Source: Octopus vulgaris (Eukaryota). From it: a DNA stretch of 64,000 nt. This document shows, in pieces, positions 13,821 to 26,399 of the stretch (position 1 is its first letter; every line of letters starts with the position of its first letter). The stretch spans positions 57,226,001-57,290,000 of the forward strand of contig OX597831.1 of assembly GCA_951406725.2 (NCBI GenBank). The letters are read 5' to 3'. A program made the position numbers and the translations under genes. The notes under the pieces were generated by a model that made no database searches, had not been told where the DNA came from, and saw nothing but the letters and a program-made list of their open reading frames with translations.

Positions 13821-15290
13821 AAATAAAAATGAAAATTGTTGAAAGAAGGAACAATTTCAGGGGTGTAGATTAAATAAAATCAATAATAAAATAAAATTAA
13901 ATTGCTAAAAAATATAATTTTGTGCAATAACTTTGAAAATGAATAAAATTTCGACCTCTGCAAAATTTAAATCAGAAACTTAGCAACTGGTGAAATATCG
14001 CTAAATATCTTGTCCAGTTCGTTAAAATTCAACCAGCATTGTCGCCTTATTAACATCTCGACGCAGAAGTAATATTTCAAAAACCTAGTTGAGAAAACGG
14101 AAGATTTTATCCGTAGAATGAGATGGCGAGCTTATTTCTTTGACATGAAGAAACAATGCAATAACGGAAACAAATATGGCCTTAAATCTAAAAACCCACC
14201 ACCTATTTTTTTAATTAACTTTTGAAAAAGACCTTTTCGAACTTATTAGAAGAATAAAATTGCTTAAAATCAGCAATTCGCTCCAGAGAACTATCAATGA
14301 TAATATTAGAAATATAAAGAATTCGGGTAAGATTTTCGTAAATTCCGATTTAAAAAAAACCTATACGCGGTTGAAAAAAGATCTTTTCAAACGGTTTCTT
14401 TCTCATGGCATTACAGACAGCTACAAAAAAGCTAACACTAACTTATATAAAGAGATGAATATCAAAGCAAGGAAGATCACTACCAGTCTTGATGTTAGTG
14501 ATAGGATAGAATACTTTTCCCCATGCCAACCTTTATTACTCTTAAAGACCACAAAACTAGTTTTACCAGAAACCCTAAATGTCGACATAATCAACCCAGC
14601 TAAACCAGAAATAGGTATTATTATCGTACGAGTAACATTGACTTTCGCATTTGAATTTGACTTTTTCATCTAAAAACCGGCAGCATTTAGTGTAACATTT
14701 TCGCCGTCCAAGAAAAGTACATATTTCGATTTCTATTTTTATTTTATTTTATTTTTATTGTTATTATTTTTATTTTCATTATTTTATTGTAGCTATTACT
14801 TTTAAATGTACCTTTCTAAACCATATAATTTTTTACATTGCAATCTAGCCCATAAAATACCTCTCAAAGTTGATATTTTAAAGCACACCTATAAAAGTGC
14901 ATCTACAATCGCATCGCACCAAATGTCTTAAAGATATCAAATACCTGAATGGATTCTTTTAGTAATTTGTTTTATTTTTTTATTAAATTCTTTTATTATT
15001 TTTATACTATTATTTAATCCTATTATTTTCATTGCATTTATTTATCATTATTATCATTGTTAATAAGGCGACGATGCTGGCAGAATTTTAGCGAAGTGGA
15101 CAAGATATTTACCGGTATTTCACCAGTTAAGTTTCTGATTTAAATTTCGCCGATGTCGAAGTTTTACTCATTTTCAAATTTATATTACACAAAATTATAT
15201 TTTTAGCAATTTAATTTAATTTTATAATTGAAAATTATATAATCTACATCTCTGAAATTATTCTTCTTTCAACAATTTAAATTTTTATTT
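13821..15290. repeat. Inverted repeat, ~235 bp arms (13821-14055 / 15058-15290), enclosing a PLE fragment
   Basis: Arms are colinear reverse complements and each contains a decayed SINE A head. Confidence 0.8.
14070..14625 (+). pseudogene. Penelope-like element ORF remnant (N-terminal, pre-RT region)
   Basis: Frameshifted peptides LVEKTEDFIRRMRWRAYFF, YGLKSKNPPP, FEKDLFELI, FITLKDHKTSFTRNPKCR and INPAKPEIG. Confidence 0.8.
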
Positions 15291-15336
15291 ATTGTTATTC
15301 TATTTCAATTCTTATATTAATATTCAATACGTCAGA

Positions 15337-15720
15337 AGGCGGCGAGCTGGCAGAAACGTTAGCACGCTGGGCGAAATGCGTAGCCGTATTTCGTCTGCCG
15401 TTTCGTTCTGAGTTCAAATTCCGCCGAGGTCGACTCTGCCTTTCATCCTTTCGGGGTCGATTAAATAAGTACCAGTTACGCACTGGGGTCGATATAATCG
15501 ACTTAATCTCCTTGTTTGTCCTCTCTGTGTTTAGCCCCTTGTGGGTAGTAAAGAAATAGGTATTTTGTCTGTCTTTACGTTCTGAGTTCAAATTTCGCCG
15601 AGGTCGACCTTGCCTTTTATCCTTTCGGGGTCGATACATTAAGTTCCGTACTGTGGTTCATCTAATTGACTGCCCCCTCATCCCCAAAATTTCGGGCCTT
15701 GTGCCTAGAGTAGAAAAGAA
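15337..15720 (+). mobile_element. SINE family A, dimeric copy
   Basis: Head plus two core units. Confidence 0.85.
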
Positions 15721-16080
15721 TATTCAATACTCCAGACACACAGATTTGAATATTTCGTATGCGTATATATGTATTGTGTATGTATGTTTAAGTATATATG
15801 CATGTAGATATATGTATGTGCATATGTATATGTGTATGCGTGTATACATGTGTGTAGCTATGTGTATATATGTATGTATTCATGCGGATGTGCTTATGTA
15901 AGTCGATTTTACACAATACGATATTTAATTTTATATCACCGTTTCTTAAAAAAAAAAAACCCCGTTAGTTGAAACGACCAATGAAATGAAACCAAATTCA
16001 AATATGTATCTCTCAATGTACAATAAATTGTACAATATATTTATATATGTAACCTTAATTCTTGGTCCATTCTTAATCAC

Positions 16081-16122
16081 AACTGTCCGACGAACAAGAA
16101 CGTGAAACTCTGAGTAGCAGTT
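16081..16122 (+). ncRNA. Minimal type I hammerhead, CCGACGA core variant
   Basis: aactgt-CCGACGA-ac..gt-GAAA-ctctgag-TA-gcagtt; lies in repeat 16060-16240. Confidence 0.65.
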
Positions 16123-16230
16123 TTTTGTGATATTTTTGTGATGTTTTTGCAGCTTTAATAATAAAGCATATTACTCTACATCCAGTATTCGAGTACTATT
16201 CTTTCCCATCTCGTTCACATTTATGTGCTT

Positions 16231-16297
<67 letters not shown>

Positions 16298-16339
16298 TGT
16301 ATGTACATATGTATCTATGTATGTATATGTCTATATATG

Positions 16340-16391
<52 letters not shown>

Positions 16392-16749
16392 ACTGCGTTT
16401 CAAATTATTAACGACGTAACATTCTTTCATTTTATTTAAAAACTACTTGTTCGAATTCAACGACATTTTCACAGAATGATTGCAACAGTTATATGCACGC
16501 GGAGTGTAAAAAAACGTGAGATGTTGCAAAATACAGAAACTATGGCCATCTACTAAATTTACGTAAACTTTCACTGTTTCAAATTGTTAGCGAGGTGTAA
16601 TTAGAACTCATGTAAACAGGAAAATATCAATTTGTTTGATGTACTTATTGAGATGAACACATACCGTCATAAACATGGAAGAAATAGGGATAAAATAAAT
16701 AGGAATAAACAAGTAAACTACGTTCAAAAATGGCTGGTTAGCTGGTTGA

Positions 16750-17754
16750 TTAGGGATATATGAGTCATTGTTTGAAATAAGTTAGAAAAGGTGCTGCTCT
16801 ATGGAACAAGCTAATTTCTGGATCTCCTCTGGTGTTGTACCACGGGATACATCCACTATTGCCTGCCACGGTTCATATTTGCTCCTAAATTGACCTCCAT
16901 TCTCGTAAACTCGTCTCTTTAGACTTCTTCACAAGTTTTCTGTTGGGTTAAAGTTGGACAAACAGACAGGCCACTTCATCTTCCGAGATCCACAGAACCC
17001 TAATTGTTGCAGATACTCTGTAGTCTTCTTCACTGAATGCAAAGGCGCATTATCTTGCATGAATATTATGCTTTTCTTGAAGGTGATCCATTGCTTTTTA
17101 AACCAAGGTTCAAGGTGTTCCCTCAGAAAAGTTATGTAAATACCCACAGTCATTTTAACACCTTCAGGCACTTTCCAAGGACCAACCATAATGCCTCCAA
17201 TAATACCAGCCCAAATCATGATGTCTTCTCCCGGTTCTTAGCATCCCAAGCGTTGTTGTCGATCTCGTCCATTTATAACCCATCCCTTGCTCCAACCATC
17301 AGGTCCGTTAAGGGTAGCACAAGTTACATCCATAAAGAAAACTTTTGAAATTTAACCTTCACGTTATCTTCTGCCCATTTCAGACGATTTTATATGTGTA
17401 TTTTGTTTAAAGGAGGCCTTTTAACTGACGTCATTGGTTTACCGACCTTTTTCAGAAGATCACATCGGGTAGTTCTGGACATAGTTATTTTGCCAATGCG
17501 CTTGAAAAATTCTCCACTCGTAAGACTTGACTTTCTTACAGATTCACGCTTAATTCGTGACAGAGAACATTGAGAAACAGCCCTCAACTGACCCTTGTCG
17601 GTTCTATTACGTGTCTACATAGGAGCTGTAACAAATTTTTTCACAGCCTAGGTGATATCTTCCAATCAATTTAGACATTTCTAATGTTGATTTACCTTTT
17701 TCAAGTTCAGAAGTAATAACAGTTCAGAAGTAATAAGTCACATTTACGACTCAT
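16750..17754 (-). pseudogene. Tc1-family (DD34E) transposase pseudogene
   Basis: MIWAGI, FMQDNAPLH, WP..SNFNPTENL, KRRVYENG motifs; ATG at 17754 (MSRKCDL); stops and frameshifts. Confidence 0.9.
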
Positions 17755-17977
17755 AATGACACGATTATCAGACCATTCGTTAAAAATTTGGAACATTGGA
17801 AGTTCGTGGGAATCATATAAACGGCTGCAGTTTGTTTACACTTGTATAAAACCTCACATTGTTTACATACCACGCGCATATAACTGTTGCATTCATTCTA
17901 TGGAAATTTCGTTGAATTCCAACAGGTAGTTTTTAAATAATATAAACAAATGTTTAATAATTTGAAACGCAATGTAT

Positions 17978-18042
<65 letters not shown>

Positions 18043-18084
18043 ACACACAAACACACACACATACACACACATACCTTTCATTTT

Positions 18085-18251
18085 ATCTTTTACTTGAGTC
18101 AGTCAATAGCCTGCGGCCATGCTGCAGCACTACCTTGAAGAATTTTATTCAAACGAATCAACTCGGTAGGTATTTTTTAAAGCCTGGTACTTATTTTATC
18201 GGTCTTTTTGCCAATCTCTCTCTAAGTTACAGGGATGTAAACACACTAACG

Positions 18252-18323
<72 letters not shown>

Positions 18324-18440
18324 TACGACAAGCTTCTTTCAGTTTCCGTCTACCACATCTACTCACAAGGCGTTGGTCGGCCCGAGGCTATAGTAGAAGA
18401 GCCTTGCCTAAGGTGCTATGCAGTGGGACTGAACCCGAAA
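18085..18440 (-). mobile_element. SINE family B with internal (CA)n
   Basis: Homology to other family B copies. Confidence 0.8.
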
Positions 18441-18544
18441 CCACAACGCCTTCGTCTTTATACATATACATCATTGACAAAGATAACTACTTTGAAACCT
18501 AACAGTCGAAATCGACGGAGAATCATAGCCATCGCCACTTCTAC

Positions 18545-18778
18545 TACCTATTTCTTTATTACCCACAAGGGGCTAAACACAGAGGGGACAAACAAGGACA
18601 GACATAGGTATTAAGTCGATTACATCGACCCCAGTGCGTAACTGGTACTTAATTTATCGACCCCGAAAGGATGAAAGGCAAAGTCGACCTCGGCGGAATT
18701 CGAACTCACAACGTAACGCAGACGAAATACCGCTAAGCATTTCGCCCGGCGTGCTAACGTTTCTGCCAGCTCGCCACT
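18545..18778 (-). mobile_element. SINE family A, young full-length copy
   Basis: Near-consensus head, B box and core. Confidence 0.9.
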
Positions 18779-18997
18779 TCTACTACCACCATCAGCACTA
18801 CCTGTGTGTATGCATGTAAGTATGTATATGCAAACATACATACACACACACACACGCACACACATACATACATACATACATACATACATACATACATACA
18901 TACATACATACATACATACATACATACATACATACTTACATACATACATACATACTTACACACACGCATACATACACATATACATACATACATACAT

Positions 18998-19029
<32 letters not shown>

Positions 19030-19030
<1 letters not shown>

Positions 19031-19790
19031 TGGAGTATCAGCAAGTTTATAACATCCAACTTTTCAAGAACAAGAGATCCCCAAAATGTTTCTACGGCAT
19101 AAAAGCAGAAAACATTGGTAGAAAGCATTGACAGAAAATATTGACAGAAAACAAATATAGTCTGTGCAAGATTAAGCCTGAAGACCTCAACTATATTATT
19201 GCCAACTGCGAGAGAATGTCTTCCAGACATTATATTGCCACCAGCGATGATGCGGTGGCCAGAACATTTGGAAAAGAAAGCATTTACAGACGAAGTTGAT
19301 CATATTGAAACCAACGGGTCAAGAAAATATTGGCGGAACTTAAAAAGTTCAAATTGTTACCTAGTTAAAACACAACCGACCAGATAATTCTGTGGAACCA
19401 CAAGAAAAGGATATGTTCTGTTATGGAAATTAGCTGCGCTCTAGACACCAATATGGTGAGAAAAATACAAGGGAAACAGAACATCTATGGACCATTTTGA
19501 AGGAATTTGCAAATCCAGTATCCGAGATATACTCTTAACTTCATACCTGTAATTTTTTTTAAGTAATAGGATACGTACCACCTTTCTGGTGCAAAGTATA
19601 GTTGAACTAGGGTTCTTGGAAAGAGAACACAACTCCTTAACTTATACACTACAATTGAAAGCGATATCTGGAACTATAAAAATCTGCAAGACCTTCTTAT
19701 GACTTAAAGGATGATGAACAAAAGAAGATGGTTTCTTCAACAACCCTGCTTACCTAGCAGGCGACCAGTCGAAGTTAAATCTAAATTAAG
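19030..19790 (+). pseudogene. R4/Dong-like non-LTR retrotransposon 3' remnant (REL endonuclease region)
   Basis: KHNRPD, ICSVMEISCALD and AISGTIKICKTFL motifs; paralogous to 42716-43695. Confidence 0.7.
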
Positions 19791-19884
19791 AAGAGAGAAA
19801 CAACATATATACACGCAATCATGTATCACACACTTCTGAACACTCATATATGCTTATATTGATAACACTCATATATACATACAA

Positions 19885-20140
19885 TATGGTGGTTGTCTAC
19901 TCCTTATGCAGAGTTTGACCACATCCTGTACCTACACCTTAGCACCATCATGGCATCTGATGTGGCTTTATAAACCAATGTTCTGAAAAAACACCCGCAT
20001 AGATTGCACCTCCGATTTGGACCACCAAGAGCTGCAGATAAGTTCTGTTCTTTGTGGATCTAAAAATGTCTTTGAGGCCTCCGTTGGATTTGCAAATCTT
20101 CTGGCATACACTGCATTCAAAGATGTGCACAGACATATAG
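19885..20140 (-). pseudogene. RTE-like LINE 3' end with two C2H2-type zinc-finger remnants
   Basis: CSVCQKICKSNGGLKRH and CNLCG..SHIRCH followed by a short stem-loop tail. Confidence 0.55.
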
Positions 20141-20280
20141 TTATGTATACTTATACTGATTTGATTTACTGAATTTCAACCGCATAGGACTCTACTTTTC
20201 ACCCCTATAAATAGGTTTGTAGCCTGGTCTACTACAAGACCTTTTTTTCTGATTACCACCAGATAAATCCATACACTCTT

Positions 20281-20680
20281 TAATCTTTTACTTGTTTCAG
20301 TCATTTGACTGTAGCCATGCTGGAGCACCGCCTTTAGTCGAGCAAATCGACCCCAGGACTTATTCTTTGTAAGCCTAGTACTTATTCTATCGGTCTCTTT
20401 TGCCGAACCACTATGTTACAGGGATGTAAAAACACCAGCATCGGTTGTCAAGCGATGTTGGGGGGTGGGGGACAAACACAGACACACAAACATATACAAA
20501 CACACACACACATATACGACGGGCTTTTTCAGTTTCCGTCTACCAAATCCACTCGCAAGGCTTTGGTCGGCCCGAGGCTATAGTAGAAGACACTTGCCCA
20601 AAGTGCCATGCAGTGGGACTGAACCCGGAACCATGCAGTTCGTAAGCAAGCTACTTACCACACAGCCACTCCTACACCTA
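20281..20680 (-). mobile_element. SINE family B, full-length
   Basis: Near-consensus copy. Confidence 0.9.
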
Positions 20681-20689
20681 CACTGTGCA

Positions 20690-20845
20690 ACTCCAGTATA
20701 CAGCTGGTACTTAACTTATTATCGACCCCGAAATGATGAAAGGCAAAGTCGACCTCGGCGGAATTTGAACTCAGAACATAAAACAGACGAAATACCACTA
20801 AGCATTTTGCCCGGTATTCCAACGATTTTACCAGCTCGCCGCCTT
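20690..20845 (-). mobile_element. SINE family A, 5' part
   Basis: Head and core motifs. Confidence 0.8.
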
Positions 20846-21050
20846 TATATCTATATAAATTATTAAGCTCGCTACTCGCAATTTAAAACCGAAAGGCAAC
20901 AAATAAAGTCGGCTCTAAATTGCCAATAGACACCTTAATAATTTATAAATCTCACTTCACCATTTTCGAAATCAGTCAATGTTTCCTATGGTGTTCTCTA
21001 TAAGGCTAACAAGGTAACTTAGGTTCTTTAACCCACAGCGACGGGGCAAT

Positions 21051-21100
21051 GGGTCACCGATGAAGATTGAATAAATCTGAAATCAGCGCTTATATGACTC
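21051..21100 (+). ncRNA. Type I hammerhead, CCGAUGA core variant
   Basis: gggtca-CCGATGA-agatt-gaata-aatct-GAAA-tcagcgctta-TA-tgactc. Confidence 0.65.
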
Positions 21101-21200
21101 CGTTTCGCTTGTCGTAGGAAGGAAGCCTGTCTCCCTTGTCAGTCGCTAGAAAAGTGTTCCCATGTGGCTAAAAGTTGCTTTGACTCATATATATATATAT

Positions 21201-21284
<84 letters not shown>

Positions 21285-21288
<4 letters not shown>

Positions 21289-21597
21289 CTAAGTAAGTTA
21301 GGGGTTGTGGATCCAACCCACTAAGGGATAATACTTATCCAATATACTGTTGGCATAATACCCAATTATTAATACATAAGTGTTTTTAATTGCAATGCAA
21401 TAAACTTACTTATTGTATTAAATGAGTGAAGGTAAAGAAATATTTTACCATTAATTTATATTACAAATAAGAAAATGGAGAAGCATATTAGTTGGTTCAT
21501 CAGCTTTAGGATATTAAAATGTTGACTTATTTATTTATCAAAACGACAATCCTAAAGCTGATGAACCAATTAATATGCTTCTCCATTTTCTTATTTG

Positions 21598-21601
<4 letters not shown>
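21285..21601. mobile_element. (TA)n-embedded repeat ending in a fold-back
   Basis: Homologous to 36724-37245; arms ~21460-21512 / ~21549-21601. Confidence 0.75.
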
Positions 21602-21639
<38 letters not shown>

Positions 21640-21642
<3 letters not shown>

Positions 21643-21835
21643 AGAGGAAGCACATAAATTTGAAAGAAGATGATAAAAATAGAACACAAATACCGGAGGT
21701 AGAGTAATATGTTTTATTAATAAAGCTGCAAAGATATCACATATATTGTTACTCAGAGTTTTACGCTCCTGTTACTCGGGAACGTGAAAGTGAGAAACAG
21801 TTTTTGTGGTGTCTTTGCAGCTTTATTAATAAAGT
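21640..21835. mobile_element. Palindromically rearranged copy of the CCGAYGA hammerhead family
   Basis: Arms tattaataaagctgcaaagatatcaca / tgtggtgtctttgcagctttattaata flank the hammerhead remnant. Confidence 0.7.
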
Positions 21836-21849
21836 ATATATAAATATGG

Positions 21850-22049
21850 AACGTCGCCCTTTTCTTGCCTAGCCAGGCTCATGGGCCCGGTTTCCCGGAT
21901 TTTGTGGCGTATGTGTTCCCCCTACCAGCTGGACGGGACGCCAGTCCATCGCAGCGTTACCCAAGAAACAGGCAGAGAGAGTGAGAGAAAGTTGTGGCGA
22001 AAGAGTACAACGAGTTCGCTGCCCTAACCACTGGGCCATTGAGCCTCCA
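21850..22049 (-). mobile_element. SINE family C (tRNA-Arg-like head, OR-type), internally deleted
   Basis: Reverse complement ggaggctcaatggcccagtggttagggcagcg joined directly to the body shared with 60981-61288. Confidence 0.8.
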
Positions 22050-22065
22050 CATATATATAAAATAA

Positions 22066-22145
<80 letters not shown>

Positions 22146-22149
<4 letters not shown>

Positions 22150-22342
22150 AGAGTTTACGAAGAAGAAACAAAAGACGAAGTCAAGTGGTGTACAAAACAA
22201 ACAGATGTATTAGTATAACGCTCGGGAATAGAAAAAGTATTTTACGTTTCGAGCCTACGCTCTTCTGCAGAAAGGGACACAGAAAAAAACACGGAGAGAA
22301 ACAAGGAGAGAAAAAATGTGTGTAGTGGCTAACGATCTCTCA
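22146..22342 (-). mobile_element. Hammerhead-bearing (TA)n-embedded repeat
   Basis: Reverse complement of 22240-22274 reads ttt-CTGCAGA-a-GAGC-gtag-GCTC-GAAA-cgta-aaa. Confidence 0.75.
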
Positions 22343-22749
22343 TATATATATATATAGTTGAATGTACCAGTCCCTGTGAGAGAGAACAAAAACCCTTGCC
22401 AACAAAAGCCTGTCCTATGCATTGACCAGTCTTTTGGTAACGATGCCGTGCCATTCTAGGTATAGAACAGTAAAGTATACCAGACCTAATATTCTCACTT
22501 TAGTCTGCGATCATCTTGTCATCAGAGCTGTGACACGCCGTCCGCTTCTACAATATCGGTTTGATGGAGGCAGTGAGCTTATGTACAGCACAGACATTTG
22601 ATCACTATAAACAAATCATCTGTGCAGGTTGTTCAGCAAACTGGTAGCTCAGAAGGATCTTGAGTTCTTGTTGAACTCTCTTCTCTCTTTCACGACTGAA
22701 TAGTCCACCGCATGCATCAACAATCATAAATACGTATGTATGTATGTAT

Positions 22750-23170
22750 GCATACTCTACGGAGAGCTTGCTAGGGGTACTAGGTCTGTGGGTAGACCGC
22801 TCTTACGTTACAAGGATGTTTGCAAAAGGGACATGAAGGCCTGCAACATCAATATTAGCGGTTGGGAGGCATTTGCCGGCAACCGTGGAGACTGGCGACG
22901 TACCGTAAGAGAGGAATACAAAGGAGTGACAGAGAGAGAGAGAGGAGAAATGGAAAGACAAGAAAATACGTCAACAAGAAACTATGGCATTACAACCAGC
23001 CAGGAACAGACTTCGCTACATTTGCGGTACCTGCCAGAAGGAGTGTTTGTCCAGGATAGGACTACACAGCCATAGCAGGAAATGTATCAGGACATGAAAT
23101 GTAAAAGCCGGACTAGACTACTTTATGCGCAACTCCATTGTCTCCCGAGACAAAAAGGATGCCAACCAAT
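22750..23170 (+). pseudogene. RTE-clade LINE 3' end, inserted in (TATG)n
   Basis: ILYGELARGTRSVGRPLLRYKDVCKRDMK and CGTCQKECLSRIGLHSHSRKC. Confidence 0.85.
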
Positions 23171-23571
23171 ATGTATGCATGTATGTATGTATGTATGTAT
23201 GTATGTATGTATGTATGTATGTATGTATGTATGTATGTGTGCATGTATGTATGTATGTATGTTAATATGTATGAATGCAAGTCTATGTATAAATGCATGT
23301 AAGTACATATGTATGTGTATGTATGAATGCATGTGTGTATATGCTTGAATTATGAATATATGTATGTATATCTACACCGATACGTACATACAGACAACCA
23401 CATATCATGCACTTCTGAACATGCATACTTACATACATACATACAAACATACATACATACATACATACATACATACATTACATACATATATATACACACA
23501 CGCACATATCTATCTATCTGTCTATCTATATACACATATATATATACTTCTATGCATGCACAAATGCACAC

Positions 23572-23609
<38 letters not shown>

Positions 23610-23698
23610 TGGAGTAAGTACATAAATGTGAAGCAAGGTGGAAAAAAGAGTACTCAAATACCAGAGGTAGAGTAATATGCCTTATTTATTGTTAACAA

Positions 23699-23740
23699 AA
23701 CTGTCCGACGAACGGGAACGTGAAACTCTGAGTAACAATT
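23699..23740 (+). ncRNA. Minimal type I hammerhead, CCGACGA core variant
   Basis: aactgt-CCGACGA-acg-ggaa-cgt-GAAA-ctc-t-gag-TA-acaatt; preceded by an inverted segment of the same family (23608-23690). Confidence 0.7.
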
Positions 23741-23764
23741 TTCGTTATAGTTCTGCTGGTTTAA

Positions 23765-23817
<53 letters not shown>

Positions 23818-23821
<4 letters not shown>

Positions 23822-24038
23822 AAAAGTAAAAGATATATACAAACTGGGGCAAGAACGTGAAACACCTAGAAGACGACACAAGAACCACAGGACGGGACAT
23901 TCGAAGCCCTCAGTCATCAGTCAAGAACCGGATCATCTTCGCAATTTCGGCTGATTAATCTTGAGATTGCTCCGATCTGGGCAGCCCCCAAGGGAAATCT
24001 AAGCCAAGCGCATTAGATCCCTTGGAAGAAAGCTTCGA

Positions 24039-24043
<5 letters not shown>
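23818..24043 (+). mobile_element. Unclassified (TA)n-embedded repeat
   Basis: Near-identical to 59148-59372. Confidence 0.8.
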
Positions 24044-24079
<36 letters not shown>

Positions 24080-24544
24080 TATATGCATGTACAAATATAT
24101 ACACATATACATACATACATGTATATATACAATATATACATATATGTCTATACACACACACACACATATATACATGCATACACACTCACAAACACATACA
24201 CACACATATGTATATATATATATGCTTATATGCACAAATGCATACCTTTGTAACATACTATGTATTCATAATCACAAACATGTGTGTATGTACTTGCATG
24301 TACAATGTATCTATGAATATATATATACATATGTTTCTAAATATGGGTGTGTATGTGTGTATGTCTGCGTGCGTTTATTTACTTATAGCGAGCTAGGTAT
24401 TTGTAAAACAGGGATATGTAAACATGCGCGCGTATGCATAAATACAATCTTTATTATTGGGTCGGATAAAAACTATATTTACAAATAGCATGTGGTAGCG
24501 CTGGTTGGGGGGGATAATGGTATTGGTGGTGGAGGCGGCGGCGT

Positions 24545-24870
24545 TAGTGGTAGCAGTAATACTAGTAGTAGTAGTTGTAGTTGTCGTCGTCGTCGTCGTC
24601 GGAGTAGTAGTAGTAGTAGTAGTAGAAGAAGAAGAAAAAGAAGAAGGAGAAGAAGGAGAAGAAGAAGAAGAAGAAGAAGAAGAAGAAGGGGAGTGGAAGA
24701 AGAAAAAGAAGAAGAAGGTGAAGAAGGAGGAGGAGGAGGAGAAGAAGAAGAAGAAGAAGAAGAAGAAGAAGAAGAAGAAGAAGAAGAAGAAAGAAGAAGA
24801 AGAAGAAGAAGAAGAAAAAGAAGAAGAAGAAGAAGAAGAAGAAGAAGAAGAAGAAGAAGAAGAAGACGAT
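24545..24870. repeat. Compound trinucleotide repeat (AGT)n(CGT)n(GAA)n(GGA)n
   Basis: Direct observation. Confidence 0.95.
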
Positions 24871-25314
24871 CAATGATATCAATATTGAAACAAACAAACA
24901 AAAATTGCAAACACAACTGTGACGAGTAATGACAGGGACAACAGTAATATCACTAACGAGTTGTTGTTGTTGTTATCGATGTTGCTTGTGATTGCTGTTA
25001 TTACAACAACAGGAACAACAACAACAACAAAAAGAAACGAAAACAACAACAGAATCAACATCAGTAATAACACGAGTACTGATGACAATAATCCGGATAA
25101 CGACGACAAATATAAATAGTCTTTTTCTGTTCCCTTTCTTTTTTTATCCCTTTTTTTGTTGCGTTTTTTTTTTCGACGAGCTGTCCCCTCTTCTATCGTT
25201 TTCCGACATCCTATCCTTCCTTTTTTTTTTTTACTCTTTTGCGGCATGCTGTCCCCTCTGTTAACCCTTTTGTCGACGAATTGTAAGTGTACCTGAGAAC
25301 TGTATACTGTAAAC

Positions 25315-25512
25315 TCGGTGATCTAGCAGAATCGTTACCACACCGGACGAAAATTATTTGCGGTATTTTGTCTGTCTTTACGTTCTGAGTTCAAATTCCG
25401 CCGTCCCTTTAGCAGGGTCGATAAAACAAGTACTAGTTTTTAACAATGGGGTCGATTTTACCGACTTACTCCCGCCCCACCGAAATTGCTGGCCTTGCGC
25501 CAAAATTTGAAA
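25315..25512 (+). mobile_element. SINE family A copy
   Basis: Head, B box and partial core. Confidence 0.75.
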
Positions 25513-25529
25513 CCATCATCATCGTCCAC

Positions 25530-25855
25530 TATTTACATTATTTATATTCGACAGATATTTGTCCTCATCTTGTATGTTGTTAACAACATTTCGGCTGATA
25601 TACCTTCCAGCCTTCTTCAGGTGTCTAGGAGAAATTTCGAACCTGGGTTCTCATTCCTAACGTATTTTTAGATGTCTTTATTATTATTGTTATTGCTCAG
25701 GTCACTGCTTGGAATCGAACTCGGAATCATGGAGTTAGTAGCCTGCGCTCTTAACCAATATGCCATATGCCCGTTGAGTGAATTTCAGGGTTTATAAATC
25801 TAATATTTTTCTATCCTTCCTTAGTACTCTTAATATCCCTTAATATAGAACTGCA
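25530..25855 (-). mobile_element. tRNA-headed, hammerhead-containing composite element
   Basis: Reverse complement: gggcatatggcatattggttaagagcgcaggctactaa..gagttcgattcc (A/B boxes, 25700-25772), then body, then CTGAAGA-aggctg..cagcc-GAAA (25580-25624). Confidence 0.75.
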
Positions 25856-25879
25856 TCATCGTCGTCGTCGTCGTCGTGG

Positions 25880-25933
<54 letters not shown>

Positions 25934-26014
25934 ACATCATCATTATATCAAAACAAAAGATAAGAAAAAAGTAAAAGACAAATAATAAAGAAAACAATGA
26001 GATGAATAACTCAC

Positions 26015-26399
26015 ATAGCGTTTGGTTATGTTCCTTGACCAAAGCCTGGCATTGATCCCAGACAAAATCAGTATTCGGCTTCGATGTGACGATTGCGGTG
26101 ATGCCGGTCCCTGCACCTGCGGCATTGTTTTCCTCGTCCGTTGTTTTGTCCGGTTGTCCGACGACAGAATCGCTGCCCGGTGCTTTCGGGAAACTGCACT
26201 GGCATTGGATATTCCTGTGCGAAGAACCGGCGAAGTGCACAATAATACCGACCCCGACAGCTATAAAGATGGCAAGAAGAGCGAGGATGAAGCCCGTGGT
26301 CGTTCTCACAAAGCATCCACCCCATCTTGAGCGACTCTTCATCGAGTTATTATCGCTGGTTATGTCAGTGAAGTCCAGTTTCTGACTGCTGCCGAACAT
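26015..26399 (-). CDS. First coding exon of a type II membrane protein, probably aminopeptidase N (M1 peptidase)-like
   Basis: ATG at 26399; 128 non-repetitive codons; short cytoplasmic tail, then TM segment GFILALLAIFIAVGVGIIVHFA and a stalk; canonical GTGAGT donor at 26014 (phase 1). Product assignment is by recalled resemblance only. Confidence 0.7.

Noticed and set aside
24479-24929. Poly-R/E/K/S ORFs
   Set aside because: Produced by (GAA)n and other trinucleotide tracts open in several frames.
25700-25772. Possible tRNA gene (also 39138 and 60981)
   Set aside because: No complete cloverleaf; these continue into repeat bodies and are SINE heads.
25830-26014. C-terminal extension of the 189 aa ORF
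   Set aside because: It lies beyond the GTGAGT donor and runs into (CAT)n, so it is intronic.
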